From Eubacteriales bacterium (lineage in GTDB: Bacteria > Bacillota > Clostridia > Oscillospirales > CAG-272), in assembly GCA_045649645.1 (NCBI GenBank), contig JAZRQH010000049.1, positions 1 to 41,804 of the forward strand: 41,804 nt of DNA, in the 5' to 3' direction. Each line of letters begins with the position of its first letter. Positions within the stretch are counted from its first letter, which is position 1. The notes beneath the pieces are model-generated. The model was not told the DNA's origin, did no database searches, and saw nothing but the letters and a program-made list of their open reading frames with translations. A program made the translations under genes and the position numbers. Below, piece by piece: positions 1 through 10,600 of this stretch.

Positions 1-978
1 GATCTTGAAGCTGTTGCCCGCGAGATAGCAGAGGCTGATATTATGGCAACTGCAGTAGGTGTAAATATACTCAAGTTCATTGCCAAGCCTATTTCCGAGG
101 GTGTCAAGGCAAGAATGAAGTCGGGCAAGGGTCCTCTTGATATCATTATCTGTGAGAACAAGATAGATGCCAACATCTATCTCCATGATCTTATCTGTGA
201 GTATCTCAACGACGAGGAAAGAGAATACTTTGATGCCAACTTCGGATTTGTAGAGGCTTCTATCGGACGCATGGTTCCCAAGACCCCAGACGCTATCTCC
301 GCAGAGTATCCTCTTGCGGTATGCGTAGAGAAGTTCTGTACTCTGCCTGTTGATAAGGATGCCTTCAAGGGGGAGATCCCTGAAATCAAGAATATGCTTC
401 CTTACGCTCCCTTTGAGCTGTTCATTCAGCGTAAGCTCTATATGCACAATATGAGCCACGCTCTTTGTGCTTATCTCGGCAACCTTAAGGGCTACGATTA
501 CATATGGGAAGCGGCGGCAGATATGCGTATCCGATTTATAGCTCTCGGTGCGCTGACCCAGTCCGCACAGAGCCTTGCAAAGGAGCATAATGCAGACGTG
601 GCCGATCTTAACGACCACTCCTTTGATCTTCTTACCCGTTATGACAACAAGCTTCTCGGTGATACTGTTGCCCGTGTAGGTAACGATACCAAGCGTAAGC
701 TTTCCTCCGTTGACAGACTCCCCGGCGCTATCAAGTTAGCAGCTAAGCAGGGTCTTGCCGTAAACTATATGGTAATGGGTCTTGCCGCAGGTCTGCTCTT
801 TGACCGTGATGACTCCTCCAAGGAGATCTGCGAATATACAAAAGAGAACGGCGTTGCCGCCGCTCTCGCTAAATATTCCGAAATTACAGACGAGTCTATC
901 GTTGCACTCTGTACAGAGTACTACAACGCTCTTACAAAGGACGCAGATTCCGCAATGGATCTTCTTATTCACGCATAA
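1..978 (+). CDS. Mannitol-1-phosphate 5-dehydrogenase / mannitol dehydrogenase family protein, 5'-truncated by window edge
   Basis: Frame is open from base 1 (GAT CTT GAA GCT...). Motifs TAVG, IICEN, IGRMVP, RKLYMHNMSHA and RVGNDTKRKL are typical of MtlD-family enzymes. Confidence 0.8.
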   Translation, partial: DLEAVAREIAEADIMATAVGVNILKFIAKPISEGVKARMKSGKGPLDIIICENKIDANIYLHDLICEYLNDEEREYFDANFGFVEASIGRMVPKTPDAISAEYPLAVCVEKFCTLPVDKDAFKGEIPEIKNMLPYAPFELFIQRKLYMHNMSHALCAYLGNLKGYDYIWEAAADMRIRFIALGALTQSAQSLAKEHNADVADLNDHSFDLLTRYDNKLLGDTVARVGNDTKRKLSSVDRLPGAIKLAAKQGLAVNYMVMGLAAGLLFDRDDSSKEICEYTKENGVAAALAKYSEITDESIVALCTEYYNALTKDADSAMDLLIHA

Positions 979-1005
979 GTCCCGTTTTTGGGACTTATAC
1001 CGTGA
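969..1005. terminator. Hairpin between convergent genes
   Basis: ATAAGTCCC(975-983)/GGGACTTAT(990-998), extended by TCACG/CGTGA. U-tract is weak. Confidence 0.5.
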
Positions 1006-1012
1006 TATAACG

Positions 1013-1555
1013 TTAATAGATATAGGTTATATCATTTGTGTTCAGCTTCTTTTTCAGTATAAAAAAGTAGTTGAGCTTTAATACCCATATATTATCATCA
1101 GCTTTTCTGGCTACAAGAAACCTGTCGTGCTTGAAGGAACGGGATATCACAAGCACTGTATACCCCTCGTTCCGAAAGCATACCGTCATATTATTAAGAT
1201 ATGCCCGACGGCCAAAATATCCTTTTTTTGCGTCTATGACAACAATCTTTCTGTCGGTTATATCCTCGGATATGAGCTTTGTGTATTTTTTGTACTGAGA
1301 GGTGCTTAAGATCACTGTTATACCGAAGATAACAAGGGCAACAGGTAAAAGCACCAGTAATACCGAAAAGACCACCAGCAGCACAGCGCTCGTCTCAATG
1401 GCGGCGATAATATATGACGCATAGCGTATAAGCCTTGAAATAAGGAAATACCGCCGTGTGTACCGTACGGCACGCATAGCGATATTCCATAATCCGTTTT
1501 CCTTTAACTGTCCCAAGCGGTAGGACAGAAGGGAAGTATATTTATCATAACCCAC
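1013..1555 (-). CDS. Hypothetical membrane protein (two predicted TM segments), candidate sporulation gene
   Basis: 183-aa ORF with a long hydrophobic stretch. In-frame GTG at 1555 lies 5 nt after GCGGTGA (SD-like); the track start at 1564 falls inside that SD. Confidence 0.6.
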   Translation of the reverse strand: MGYDKYTSLLSYRLGQLKENGLWNIAMRAVRYTRRYFLISRLIRYASYIIAAIETSAVLLVVFSVLLVLLPVALVIFGITVILSTSQYKKYTKLISEDITDRKIVVIDAKKGYFGRRAYLNNMTVCFRNEGYTVLVISRSFKHDRFLVARKADDNIWVLKLNYFFILKKKLNTNDITYIY

Positions 1556-1571
1556 ATATATCACCGCTTAT

Positions 1572-1600
1572 AGTATATTACTCTGTAAGCAGTTTTATGT
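1572..1600 (-). promoter_or_regulatory. Putative sigma-E-like promoter
   Basis: Minus strand ACATA-16 nt-AATATACT, overlapping the queG stop codon. Confidence 0.35.
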
Positions 1601-2360
1601 TACGTTCGATGGTTTTTCTTTTGCGCCAGCCAAAGGCACGGGACTTTAGCTCCTCATCTGACATACTGTCAAGTATCTCGGGGGTAAGCTCGAATATCCT
1701 GTCCTGCCAAAAGAAGTTAATCGGAGTTTTTGCGACGTTTTTGTTATACGGACAAACATTCTGACAGATATCGCATCCCCAGGCGGTGTGATGCTGTCTC
1801 ATAAGCGAAATTGTCTTATCGTCAAGCTCACCCTTCTGCTGGGTAAGAGCCGAAAGACAGTTATCCCTTGAGGGGCAAGCCTCGGTACATTTACCGCAGT
1901 GATGGCAGAATGATATTTCTTTTGCTTTTTCTGCGGTCACCATATCGGTAAATATACCGCCGATAAATACGTATGAGCCGTATTTTTCGTTTATAAGACG
2001 GTAGTTGTCTCCGATGATACCCAGTCCTGCCATAGCTGCAGCAGAGGTCTCGGCTATAGGCGAATGATCCGCCATACCGCGGAAGCGTCTGTCAGGCTGC
2101 ATATACTGCAGGCTCTGTACCATTCTGTCGGTAAGGTCTGCCATATATACGTGGTAATCACGTGGCACGGCATAGAGAGATATATTTCTCTCACGGCGAT
2201 CCTCGGTATAATAGGGCACAAGAAAGAGAATAACACTTTTAGCCCAGACACAGGTCCGCTCGTAAAGAGATTGATTTATTATTTTACAGCTTTCTATAGG
2301 CAGTACGCCTATATATTCGATATTTTCGTTTCTGAAAACGTATTTACATAATTCAAGCAT
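1578..2360 (-). CDS. queG: Epoxyqueuosine reductase (QueG)-like 4Fe-4S/cobalamin protein
   Basis: YAVPRDYH, AGLGIIGDN, CHHCGKCTEACP and WGCDICQNVCP motifs. ATG at 2360 is preceded by GGGTGA. Confidence 0.75.
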   Translation of the reverse strand: MLELCKYVFRNENIEYIGVLPIESCKIINQSLYERTCVWAKSVILFLVPYYTEDRRERNISLYAVPRDYHVYMADLTDRMVQSLQYMQPDRRFRGMADHSPIAETSAAAMAGLGIIGDNYRLINEKYGSYVFIGGIFTDMVTAEKAKEISFCHHCGKCTEACPSRDNCLSALTQQKGELDDKTISLMRQHHTAWGCDICQNVCPYNKNVAKTPINFFWQDRIFELTPEILDSMSDEELKSRAFGWRKRKTIERNIKLLTE

Positions 2361-2376
2361 ATTATCACCCAAAAGC

Positions 2377-2405
2377 ATTTTAACACATATAAAGAGATTT
2401 TTCAA
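2377..2405 (-). promoter_or_regulatory. Sigma-A promoter for queG
   Basis: TTGAAA-17-TAAAAT with TG extension on the minus strand. Confidence 0.6.
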
Positions 2406-2419
2406 TAAGGAGAATTTAA

Positions 2420-4399
2420 ATGGCTAACACAAAAGCAAGCTATTCAAATGACGACATTACGTTATTGAAGGGCCCGGACAAGGTTCGTAAGCGTCCCGGA
2501 GTTATCTTCGGCTCTGACGGTCTTGAGGGTTGTGAGCATTCTGTATTTGAGATAGTTTCTAACTCTGTGGATGAGGCAAGAGAGGGATTTGGTAAGGTCA
2601 TTACCGTTACCGTGTTCCGCGATATGTCTATAGAGGTAGAGGACAAGGGACGAGGTATGCCCCTTGACTATAACGAAAAGGAAAAGCGCTATAACTGGGA
2701 TCTTATCTTCTGTGAGCTCTATGCAGGCGGTAAGTACAATAACAACCAGGGCGGCGGCAACTACGAATATTCTCTCGGTCTTAACGGTCTCGGTGCCTGC
2801 GCTACTCAGTTCTCCTCTGAGTATATGGAGGTTAAGAGCTACCGTGACGGCAATCTCTATGAGATCAATTTTAAAAAGGGTAATCCTGCATCCAAGCTTA
2901 AGATAACTCCCCTTGATAAGCGCCGTACAGGTACTATAATCAAGTGGAGACCCGACCTTGAGGTCTTTACCGATATCAATATGCCCAAGGACTTCTTCAC
3001 CGAGATGCTTCATAAGCAGGCGGTAGTAAACAGCGGCATCAAGTTTGTCCTTAAGTTTGAGGGCAACGGTGGCTTTGAGACCACCGAGTATTATTATGAG
3101 CACGGTATCAGCGACTACGTTCTTGAGGCTGCGGGAACTCCTATGACACAGCCTGTTATCTGGACAACAGAGACACAGGGTCGTGACAGAGCAGACCTGT
3201 CCGAATATAAGCTTAAGGTAGAGCTTACCTGCTGCTTTACACAGAATAAGTCCTTTGTAGAGCATTATCATAATTCAAGCTATCTTGAGCACGGCGGTGC
3301 GCCTGATGACGCTATGCGTAACGCCTTCGTGTTCGCGGTGGACAAGTATCTCAAGAACAATGCCAAGTACAACAAGAACGAGGCAAAGGTACGCTTTGAC
3401 GATATCGGTGCATCTCTTGTGTTCGTTTCCAACAACTTCTCCACTCAGACCTCCTACGAGAATCAGACCAAAAAGTCTATTACAAACAAGTTTATCAAGG
3501 ACTTTCTGACCGACTATATCAAGCAGCAGCTCGAGACCTATTTTATCGAGAATCCTCTTGATGCCGAGCAGATCGCAAACGTAGTTCTTGCTAACAAGCG
3601 TAGCCGTGAAAGCGCCGAAAAAACAAGACTTAAGACACGTGATGACCTTATCAAGAATATAGACATCAAGAATAAGGTCGAAAAGTTTATCAACTGCCGC
3701 TCCAAGGACCCCGAGGAGCGTGAGGTCTATATAGTTGAGGGTGATTCGGCTATGACATCCTGTAAGCTTGCCCGCAACCCCGAGTTTCAGGCGATCATAC
3801 CCGTCAGAGGTAAGACCCTTAACTGTCTCAAGGCAGGCTACGACAAGATATTCAAGAGCGATATCATCCGCGACCTTCTGCGCGTTATAGGCTGCGGTGT
3901 CAAGATCGACGGCAAGTTCAAGACGGAGTTTCCTAAGTTCGATATCAACCTTCTCAAGTGGAATAAGATAATCATCTGTACCGATGCCGACGAGGACGGA
4001 TTCCAGATCAGAACCCTTATTCTTACCCTTATCTACCGTCTGCTCCCCGATCTTATCGACGAGGGCAGGGTATATATCGCAGAGTCTCCTCTTTATGAGA
4101 TAACGGTCAAGGACGATACCTATTTTGCTTATAACGAGTTTGAAAAGGCTGATATCCTTGCTAAGTTAGAGGGTACCAAGTACACGCTTCAGCGTTCCAA
4201 GGGTCTTGGTGAAAACACCCCCGAGATGATGTCCCAGACCACTATGAATCCCGCTACCCGCCGTCTTATCCGTGTGGATGCGGCAGATGCCGAGCAGACA
4301 GCTATCATTTTTGATACTCTTCTCGGAGACAATCTTCCTGCACGTAAGGAGTTTATCACTCTTAACGGCGCAAGGTACGCAAAGGATGCCGATATCTGA
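2420..4399 (+). CDS. Type IIA DNA topoisomerase subunit B (GyrB/ParE-like, clostridial second-topoisomerase type)
   Basis: VRKRPG, EIVSNSVDE, DKGRGMP, AGGKY, TOPRIM EGDSA/PVRGK/DADEDG, RSKGLGE. AGGAG SD present. Confidence 0.9.
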   Translation: MANTKASYSNDDITLLKGPDKVRKRPGVIFGSDGLEGCEHSVFEIVSNSVDEAREGFGKVITVTVFRDMSIEVEDKGRGMPLDYNEKEKRYNWDLIFCELYAGGKYNNNQGGGNYEYSLGLNGLGACATQFSSEYMEVKSYRDGNLYEINFKKGNPASKLKITPLDKRRTGTIIKWRPDLEVFTDINMPKDFFTEMLHKQAVVNSGIKFVLKFEGNGGFETTEYYYEHGISDYVLEAAGTPMTQPVIWTTETQGRDRADLSEYKLKVELTCCFTQNKSFVEHYHNSSYLEHGGAPDDAMRNAFVFAVDKYLKNNAKYNKNEAKVRFDDIGASLVFVSNNFSTQTSYENQTKKSITNKFIKDFLTDYIKQQLETYFIENPLDAEQIANVVLANKRSRESAEKTRLKTRDDLIKNIDIKNKVEKFINCRSKDPEEREVYIVEGDSAMTSCKLARNPEFQAIIPVRGKTLNCLKAGYDKIFKSDIIRDLLRVIGCGVKIDGKFKTEFPKFDINLLKWNKIIICTDADEDGFQIRTLILTLIYRLLPDLIDEGRVYIAESPLYEITVKDDTYFAYNEFEKADILAKLEGTKYTLQRSKGLGENTPEMMSQTTMNPATRRLIRVDAADAEQTAIIFDTLLGDNLPARKEFITLNGARYAKDADI

Positions 4400-4425
4400 T
4401 AAAAACAAAATTATGAGGTTTTAGT

Positions 4426-7400
4426 ATGCTTTCTTTTATTTTAGGTTCACCGGGAAGCGGTAAGACAGGCGAGGTCATACGCCGTGTCAAGGCTGATCTC
4501 GAAAATGAAATAAAGGTTTTGGTGATAGTGCCCGAGCAGGATATACTTTCCTCCGAGCGCTTGATATCCACCGCCATAGGAGCTACCCCGAACGTTATGG
4601 ATCTTGAGGTAGTCAGCTTCAGAAGATTCTGTAACACGGTATTCAGAACGCTTGGCGGATTATGCTATAACTATCTTGACAAGGGAGGACAGGCCATTAT
4701 GATGTGGCGTGTCCTTTCTGAATTATCTCCGGCGCTCAACACCTTCAAGCCAGGCTGCGCTACCGATATCGGGCTTGTTTCATCACTCGTTGCTCTCTGC
4801 GATCAGTTTGCAGACTATAACGTTGACCCTGTGGCTCTTGAGGATGCGGTATATTCACTTGACCCCGGGCTCCTGCCCAAGGCTGAGGATATCGCTACCC
4901 TTTATTCACGTTACGATGAGCTTATCCACGACGGGTTTGATTCGGCAAAGGATGACATCAAGCGAGCCGCTGAGCTTATCCGTCACAGCAACGTCCTTGA
5001 CACAACTAACATCTATATAGATTCATTTTCAGGCTTTACACCGGTTGAATACGAGCTTATCGAGGCTCTAATTTCAAGGGCACGGAGCGTTACCGTTACC
5101 CTATGTGCCGACACCTCGCGAGACGACGAGATATTTGAAAATATATTTAAGACCAAGAACCGACTTATAAGGCTTGCGCAGAGAAATAACGTATCGGTTT
5201 CCGACGATACGGTCCTTACGTCAAAGCGCAACGCTGACCTTACCTTCTTTGAAGGATACTGCTACGACAGCTATACAAAAGAGGTCTTTGAGGGAGAGGT
5301 TGACAGCATTACTCTTTTAAGCGCAGGGGATATCTATACCGAATGCGAGCTTGTCTGCGCTGATATAATGAAGCAGATACGCGGCGGTATGCGTTACCGT
5401 GATATCACCGTGGCAATGGGGGACAGCTCTGCCTATGCGGGTATACTTGACTCTCTGTTTGAGCGTCACGGCATACCTTATCATTTTTCGGCTAAGGATG
5501 ATATCCTTCAGAAGCCGATAGTCAAGCTTATCGTTTCGGCTCTTAATATCATAACCTACAACTGGCGTTTGTCCGACGTCATATCATACGTAAAGACCGG
5601 GCTCTGCGGTATCACAGACGAGGAATGTGATATCATTGAGGAATACGCCTCCACTTGGTCGGTACAGGGCTCTATGTGGAAGCTCGATTCCGCCTGGAAT
5701 ATGAACCCCGACGGCTATACCGACCGTACCAACGCCGATATCGCCGACAGGCTTATACGTATAAACGATATCCGTGACCGTCTGCGTGATCCCGTGCTTC
5801 GTCTTTCTGACAGTATCGACGGCAGGACCACGGCCGATGCCTGTGCAAAGGCGATCTATACCTTTATCTGCGAGACGGTGGATATACACGCATTCAGCGA
5901 TGAGGACACGGCTGTATATAATGGGCTTATCACCGCGCTTGAGCAGCTGTCTCTATGCGGTAAGGATATACAGATAGGCGATCTTGAGACCCTCAAGAGG
6001 CTTATAAGGCTCCTTACATCACAGACCGAGTTTTCCCTTATTCCCGCAACGGTAGATCAGATAAACTGTACCTCTGTCTCCGCTCTTAGGAGCGCAGGAC
6101 TCAAAAAGTGCTATATAATGGGCGCAGTTGACGGAAGCTTTCCTTCGGTCTTTAAAGAAAACAGCATTCTCAACGACGAGCTGAGAACTGCACTTTGTGA
6201 AAATAACATATCCTTACCTAACGACCCCGAGGAACTCTCGACATCTGAGCTTTACAGCTTCTGGAGAGGCGTTCTCTCGGCACAGAGCGTTACGGTAAGC
6301 TACTATACGGCAAGCCTTGACGGCAAGGAGATCCTGCCCTCGGCGTGTATATACGAGCTCAAGAGACTTTTCCCTGAGTTAAAAGAAAAAACTACAACGG
6401 ATACAAGCGACCTTGTATATGATAAGGAATCCGCCTTTGATCTTATAAACGATCCGAGATATACCGAGGCGGTAAGGGAGCTGCTTTGCGACGATCCCCG
6501 ATATGCTGATGCCATTAAGGCTCTGAGCGTGCCGATAACCACGACACTTTGCTCGGTCACCGACCCTGAAAATCTCAAGGTCTTCTCGGGAGATATCAAT
6601 CTTACTCAGTCAAGGGTGGACTCCTACGTTCACTGCAGCTTTGCCTATCAGCTTGACTACGTTCTGAAGCTCAACGAACAGCGTAAGATAAGCTATGACC
6701 CCAGAGACGTGGGTAACTTTATCCACGCACTGCTTGAAGAGTTCTTTACCTGTGTGCGTGATGCCGCAAAAGAGGGAAGAGAGATAGACAGCGCCGAGAC
6801 CGAATCGATAGTTACGAGGCTTGTTGACGCTTATCTTGAAAAGACCTGCGGTAACTCTCTCAAGGTCAGCCGACGTATGATGGCGCTCTTCAAGCGACTC
6901 AAGAGACAAGCTCTTGTCTTTGTGCACAGTATATACGATGAGTTCAGAAACTCCGACTTTAAGCCGGTGCTTTTCGAACTGCCTATAGTCAAGGGCAGTG
7001 ATAGGGGTATCTCACCCTTCCGCGCTTCGCTTTCGGACGGAAGCGAGGTGTATATATACGGTCAGATAGACCGAGTTGACACCTACGAAAAGGACGGTTG
7101 TACCTATTTCCGTGTTGTTGACTACAAGACGGGAAGCAAGGTGTTCAAGCGTTCCGATCTCGAAAAAGGTCTTAACCTGCAGATGTTCCTGTATATGTTC
7201 TCGGTTATGGAAAACAAGGAACGCTTCAGCCGTTTGGCTGACTGCAAGGGTGAGCTCGTGCCTGCAGGCGTGCTCTATTATATCGCAAGACTTCCTAAGG
7301 ACAGCCACGAGGTGCTTGTGTCCTCGGAGGAGGCTGAGCGTCAGGTCATAGAACATATCGAGAGACAGGGAATGCTCCTTGATGACGATGAAATAATCAA

Positions 7401-7668
7401 GGCGATGTCTAAGGCAGAAGGAGATATTCCTCTGCCCAAGGGAATAACCACGACAACAAAGGCTAACGCCGAGGATGCGGTATTTACCCTTGAATCGCTT
7501 AACGATATTAAAACGACTATTACCGACACCCTTGTACGCATCGCAAAGGGACTCAAAGCAGGTAAGGCTGACGCCGAGCCTATGAGAGACTCCCGTAATC
7601 CCTGCGAATACTGCCGTATGAGGGCGGTATGCAGACATGACAAGGAAGGAGGCGCAGATAATGAGTAA
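4426..7668 (+). CDS. addB: ATP-dependent helicase/nuclease subunit B (AddB/RexB)
   Basis: N-terminal GSPGSGKT and IVPEQ; C-terminal GQIDRVD...VVDYKTG...LQMFLY nuclease; Fe-S cysteines (YVHC; CEYCRMRAVC). Confidence 0.92.
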   Translation: MLSFILGSPGSGKTGEVIRRVKADLENEIKVLVIVPEQDILSSERLISTAIGATPNVMDLEVVSFRRFCNTVFRTLGGLCYNYLDKGGQAIMMWRVLSELSPALNTFKPGCATDIGLVSSLVALCDQFADYNVDPVALEDAVYSLDPGLLPKAEDIATLYSRYDELIHDGFDSAKDDIKRAAELIRHSNVLDTTNIYIDSFSGFTPVEYELIEALISRARSVTVTLCADTSRDDEIFENIFKTKNRLIRLAQRNNVSVSDDTVLTSKRNADLTFFEGYCYDSYTKEVFEGEVDSITLLSAGDIYTECELVCADIMKQIRGGMRYRDITVAMGDSSAYAGILDSLFERHGIPYHFSAKDDILQKPIVKLIVSALNIITYNWRLSDVISYVKTGLCGITDEECDIIEEYASTWSVQGSMWKLDSAWNMNPDGYTDRTNADIADRLIRINDIRDRLRDPVLRLSDSIDGRTTADACAKAIYTFICETVDIHAFSDEDTAVYNGLITALEQLSLCGKDIQIGDLETLKRLIRLLTSQTEFSLIPATVDQINCTSVSALRSAGLKKCYIMGAVDGSFPSVFKENSILNDELRTALCENNISLPNDPEELSTSELYSFWRGVLSAQSVTVSYYTASLDGKEILPSACIYELKRLFPELKEKTTTDTSDLVYDKESAFDLINDPRYTEAVRELLCDDPRYADAIKALSVPITTTLCSVTDPENLKVFSGDINLTQSRVDSYVHCSFAYQLDYVLKLNEQRKISYDPRDVGNFIHALLEEFFTCVRDAAKEGREIDSAETESIVTRLVDAYLEKTCGNSLKVSRRMMALFKRLKRQALVFVHSIYDEFRNSDFKPVLFELPIVKGSDRGISPFRASLSDGSEVYIYGQIDRVDTYEKDGCTYFRVVDYKTGSKVFKRSDLEKGLNLQMFLYMFSVMENKERFSRLADCKGELVPAGVLYYIARLPKDSHEVLVSSEEAERQVIEHIERQGMLLDDDEIIKAMSKAEGDIPLPKGITTTTKANAEDAVFTLESLNDIKTTITDTLVRIAKGLKAGKADAEPMRDSRNPCEYCRMRAVCRHDKEGGADNE

Positions 7669-10600
7669 CGATATCAGATGGACTCCCGCCCAGCGTATGG
7701 CAATAGATGCCTCAAACTGCGACCTTCTCGTTTCAGCTTCAGCCGGCTCGGGTAAGACCGCGGTGCTTGTGCGCCGTATCATAGACCGTGTTACCGACGA
7801 CAGCTATAACGGCAACATTCTTGAAATGCTGGTGGTGACCTTTACCAACGCGGCGGCCGCTCAGCTCAAGGACAAGCTCAACCGTGAGATCAAGAAGGCT
7901 ATCGCCCTTGACCCAAAGAACAAGCGTCTGCGCCGACAGCTACGTGACCTTCCCAGAGCGTCCATATGTACGATAAACAGCTTTTGCCTCGACGTAGTCA
8001 AGACCCACTTTGCAAAGCTGGGACTTTCCAATACTATCCGTATCGCAGACGAAGCCGAGAACAAGCTACTTATGACAGAGGTCATGGAGCAGACCATAGA
8101 GGAGTTCTATCTCAACGGCACCGAGCACGGTGTCAAGGATTTTGCGGCGTTCTGTGACAACTTTGCACAGCTTCGTGACGAGAGCCTTGGGGAGATATTT
8201 ATGTCTCTTTACAATAAGCTCTACTCCCGTATGGAGGGTCTTGAGCTTTTGTCAGACTGCGCCGAGAAGCTTTCACTTAGCGTTACTGAGCCCTTTATGA
8301 ACCCTTGGGGACTTGAGCTCAAAAGATATACCTGCGACAGCCTGAATGCCGTTAAACGGGGATATAGTGATGCTCTGGCTATAATAGAGTCTACCGACGG
8401 ACTCGCTCAGGCTTACGGTCCCGCTTTTAATGATGATATCGAAATTATGGACTCGACCATTGCCGCCTGTGACAGGGGCTATGAGGCTGTAAGAGAGATC
8501 TTGAAAAGCATCAAATACACAAGGCTCGGAAGTATCCGAGGCAAAGACTGCGGATATGAAGCCGAACAGGTCAAGCCTACGCGAGAGTTCTTTAAGGACG
8601 TTATAAAGAAGCTTACACCCTTATTTGCAAACGACCTTGAGACCGCAAGCTATCTCTGTGAGAAAACAAGCGAGCTTAACTCCGACCTATATAAGCTCCT
8701 TTCACACTTTCATAAAGTCTTTATGGCAGAAAAGCATAAGAGAGGTATAGTTTCCTTTGCCGACTGCGAGGCACTTACCCTCTCTCTGCTCTGTGATAAG
8801 GGTGAGCCCACCGACACCGCCCTTGAGTACAGAAGACGCTTCAAGGAGATCTATATAGACGAGTATCAGGACGTCAACAGCGTTCAGGACGCCATATTCC
8901 GTATGATAGCCGCACCCAACACCAGATTTATGGTAGGTGATATCAAGCAGAGCATCTACGGCTTCCGCGGGGCGGAGCCCGCGCTGTTCGGAGATTACCG
9001 TGAGCGCTTTGCGGACTATACCGAGGATAGGGGTGCAACCGACAGAGGCTGCAGGATATTTCTCTCCAATAACTTCCGTTCCTCTGATAAGATACTTACC
9101 TTTGCCAACGCCGTCTCCCGTACCTGCTTTGAAAAGGGGGACTCAAGCATAGAATACTTGGACGGAGACGACCTGGTCTACTCCAAGTCCGAGGAGAATA
9201 CCGAGCCGGTAACAGTGGCTCTTATCGCAAAGAACGAGGAAAAGACCGCTGAGGCGGTATACGTCTGCGACCGTATAGAGGAGCTATTATCCAAAGGCAC
9301 CGCTCCCTCGGATATTGCAATAATGCTCCGCAGTCTTTCAAGCTCGGCTTTACCCTTCACCCGTGAGCTTGAAAAGAGGGGAATACCCTATTACTGCGAT
9401 GTTAAAAAGGAGTTCTTTGACAACCCCGAGATAATGCTGGCTCTCTGCTGGCTCAACGCTATCGACAATACCAGACGAGACGTTTTTGTCTGCGGTATAG
9501 CCAAGAGCCCCGTGTATGATTTTACCCTTGACGAGCTTATCCGAGTAAGAAGAAATGCTCCTGCGGACACGCTTTTCAATTCCATAAAGGAATACTGCGC
9601 TACCCACGATTTTGAGAAGGGAAGACGCTTTATAGCCGACCTGGAGGCTCTTCGCCGTGATGCAAGAGGCATGACCGCTCATCAGCTTCTCTGGAAGCTC
9701 ATTTACGAAAAGGGGCTTATGTCTATCGTTACCAAGGATAAGAACGATGGCGAAGCTAAGGTTGCAAGGAACAACCTGCTTCTGTTCTACGATTACGCCA
9801 AGGGCTTTGAAAACGGTGAGTTCAAGGGAGTATACAACTTCCTGATATATATCCAAAAGGTCATTGATGCAGGACAGGCTCTGCCTGCGGCTGCTGCCTT
9901 TGCGGGCTCGGGTAACGCGGTCAAGATAATGACTGTGCATCATTCCAAGGGTCTGGAATTCCCGTATTGCTTCCTCTGCTCTTGCGATAAGAACACAAGC
10001 ACTCAGGATATGAAGGAAAAGCTCTATTTCCATCAGAGCTTCGGCATTGCGGCAAAGATAGCTGACCCTACAGGTCTTATCCTCTACGACAGCTATATTA
10101 TGAACGCTGCTAAATGCCGTATCACAAGGGACAATATCGACGAGGAATACCGCGTTCTCTACGTTGCTCTGACCCGCGGTATACGTAAGCTCTGGATAAC
10201 AGCCTCCGCCAAGGATCCGGAGGAGACCTATAACAAATATACTCAAGCCTCCTCACTTGTTTCGGGCACCTATATGATCCATAACCATTCGTATATAGCA
10301 TGGATACTTGCATCCCTTGAGCGCTGCGATCGTACAGCCTACGATATAGAGCTTATAGGAGACGTCGCCGATTCCCGTAAAAAGACAACGGAAGAAGAAC
10401 CGTCTGTCTCGGTGTCGGTCGACCCGGAAGAATTAAAGGATAATATCAATTACGTATATCCCTATGAAGCCGTGAATATGATACCTGCCAAGATGTCGGT
10501 ATCAAGGCTTTATCCCGATATACTCGATAACCTTGACGGCTCTATGCTGTCAACGGTCATCAAGCCGAAAACACCCTTCTTTGCCGAGGATATAGCGACC

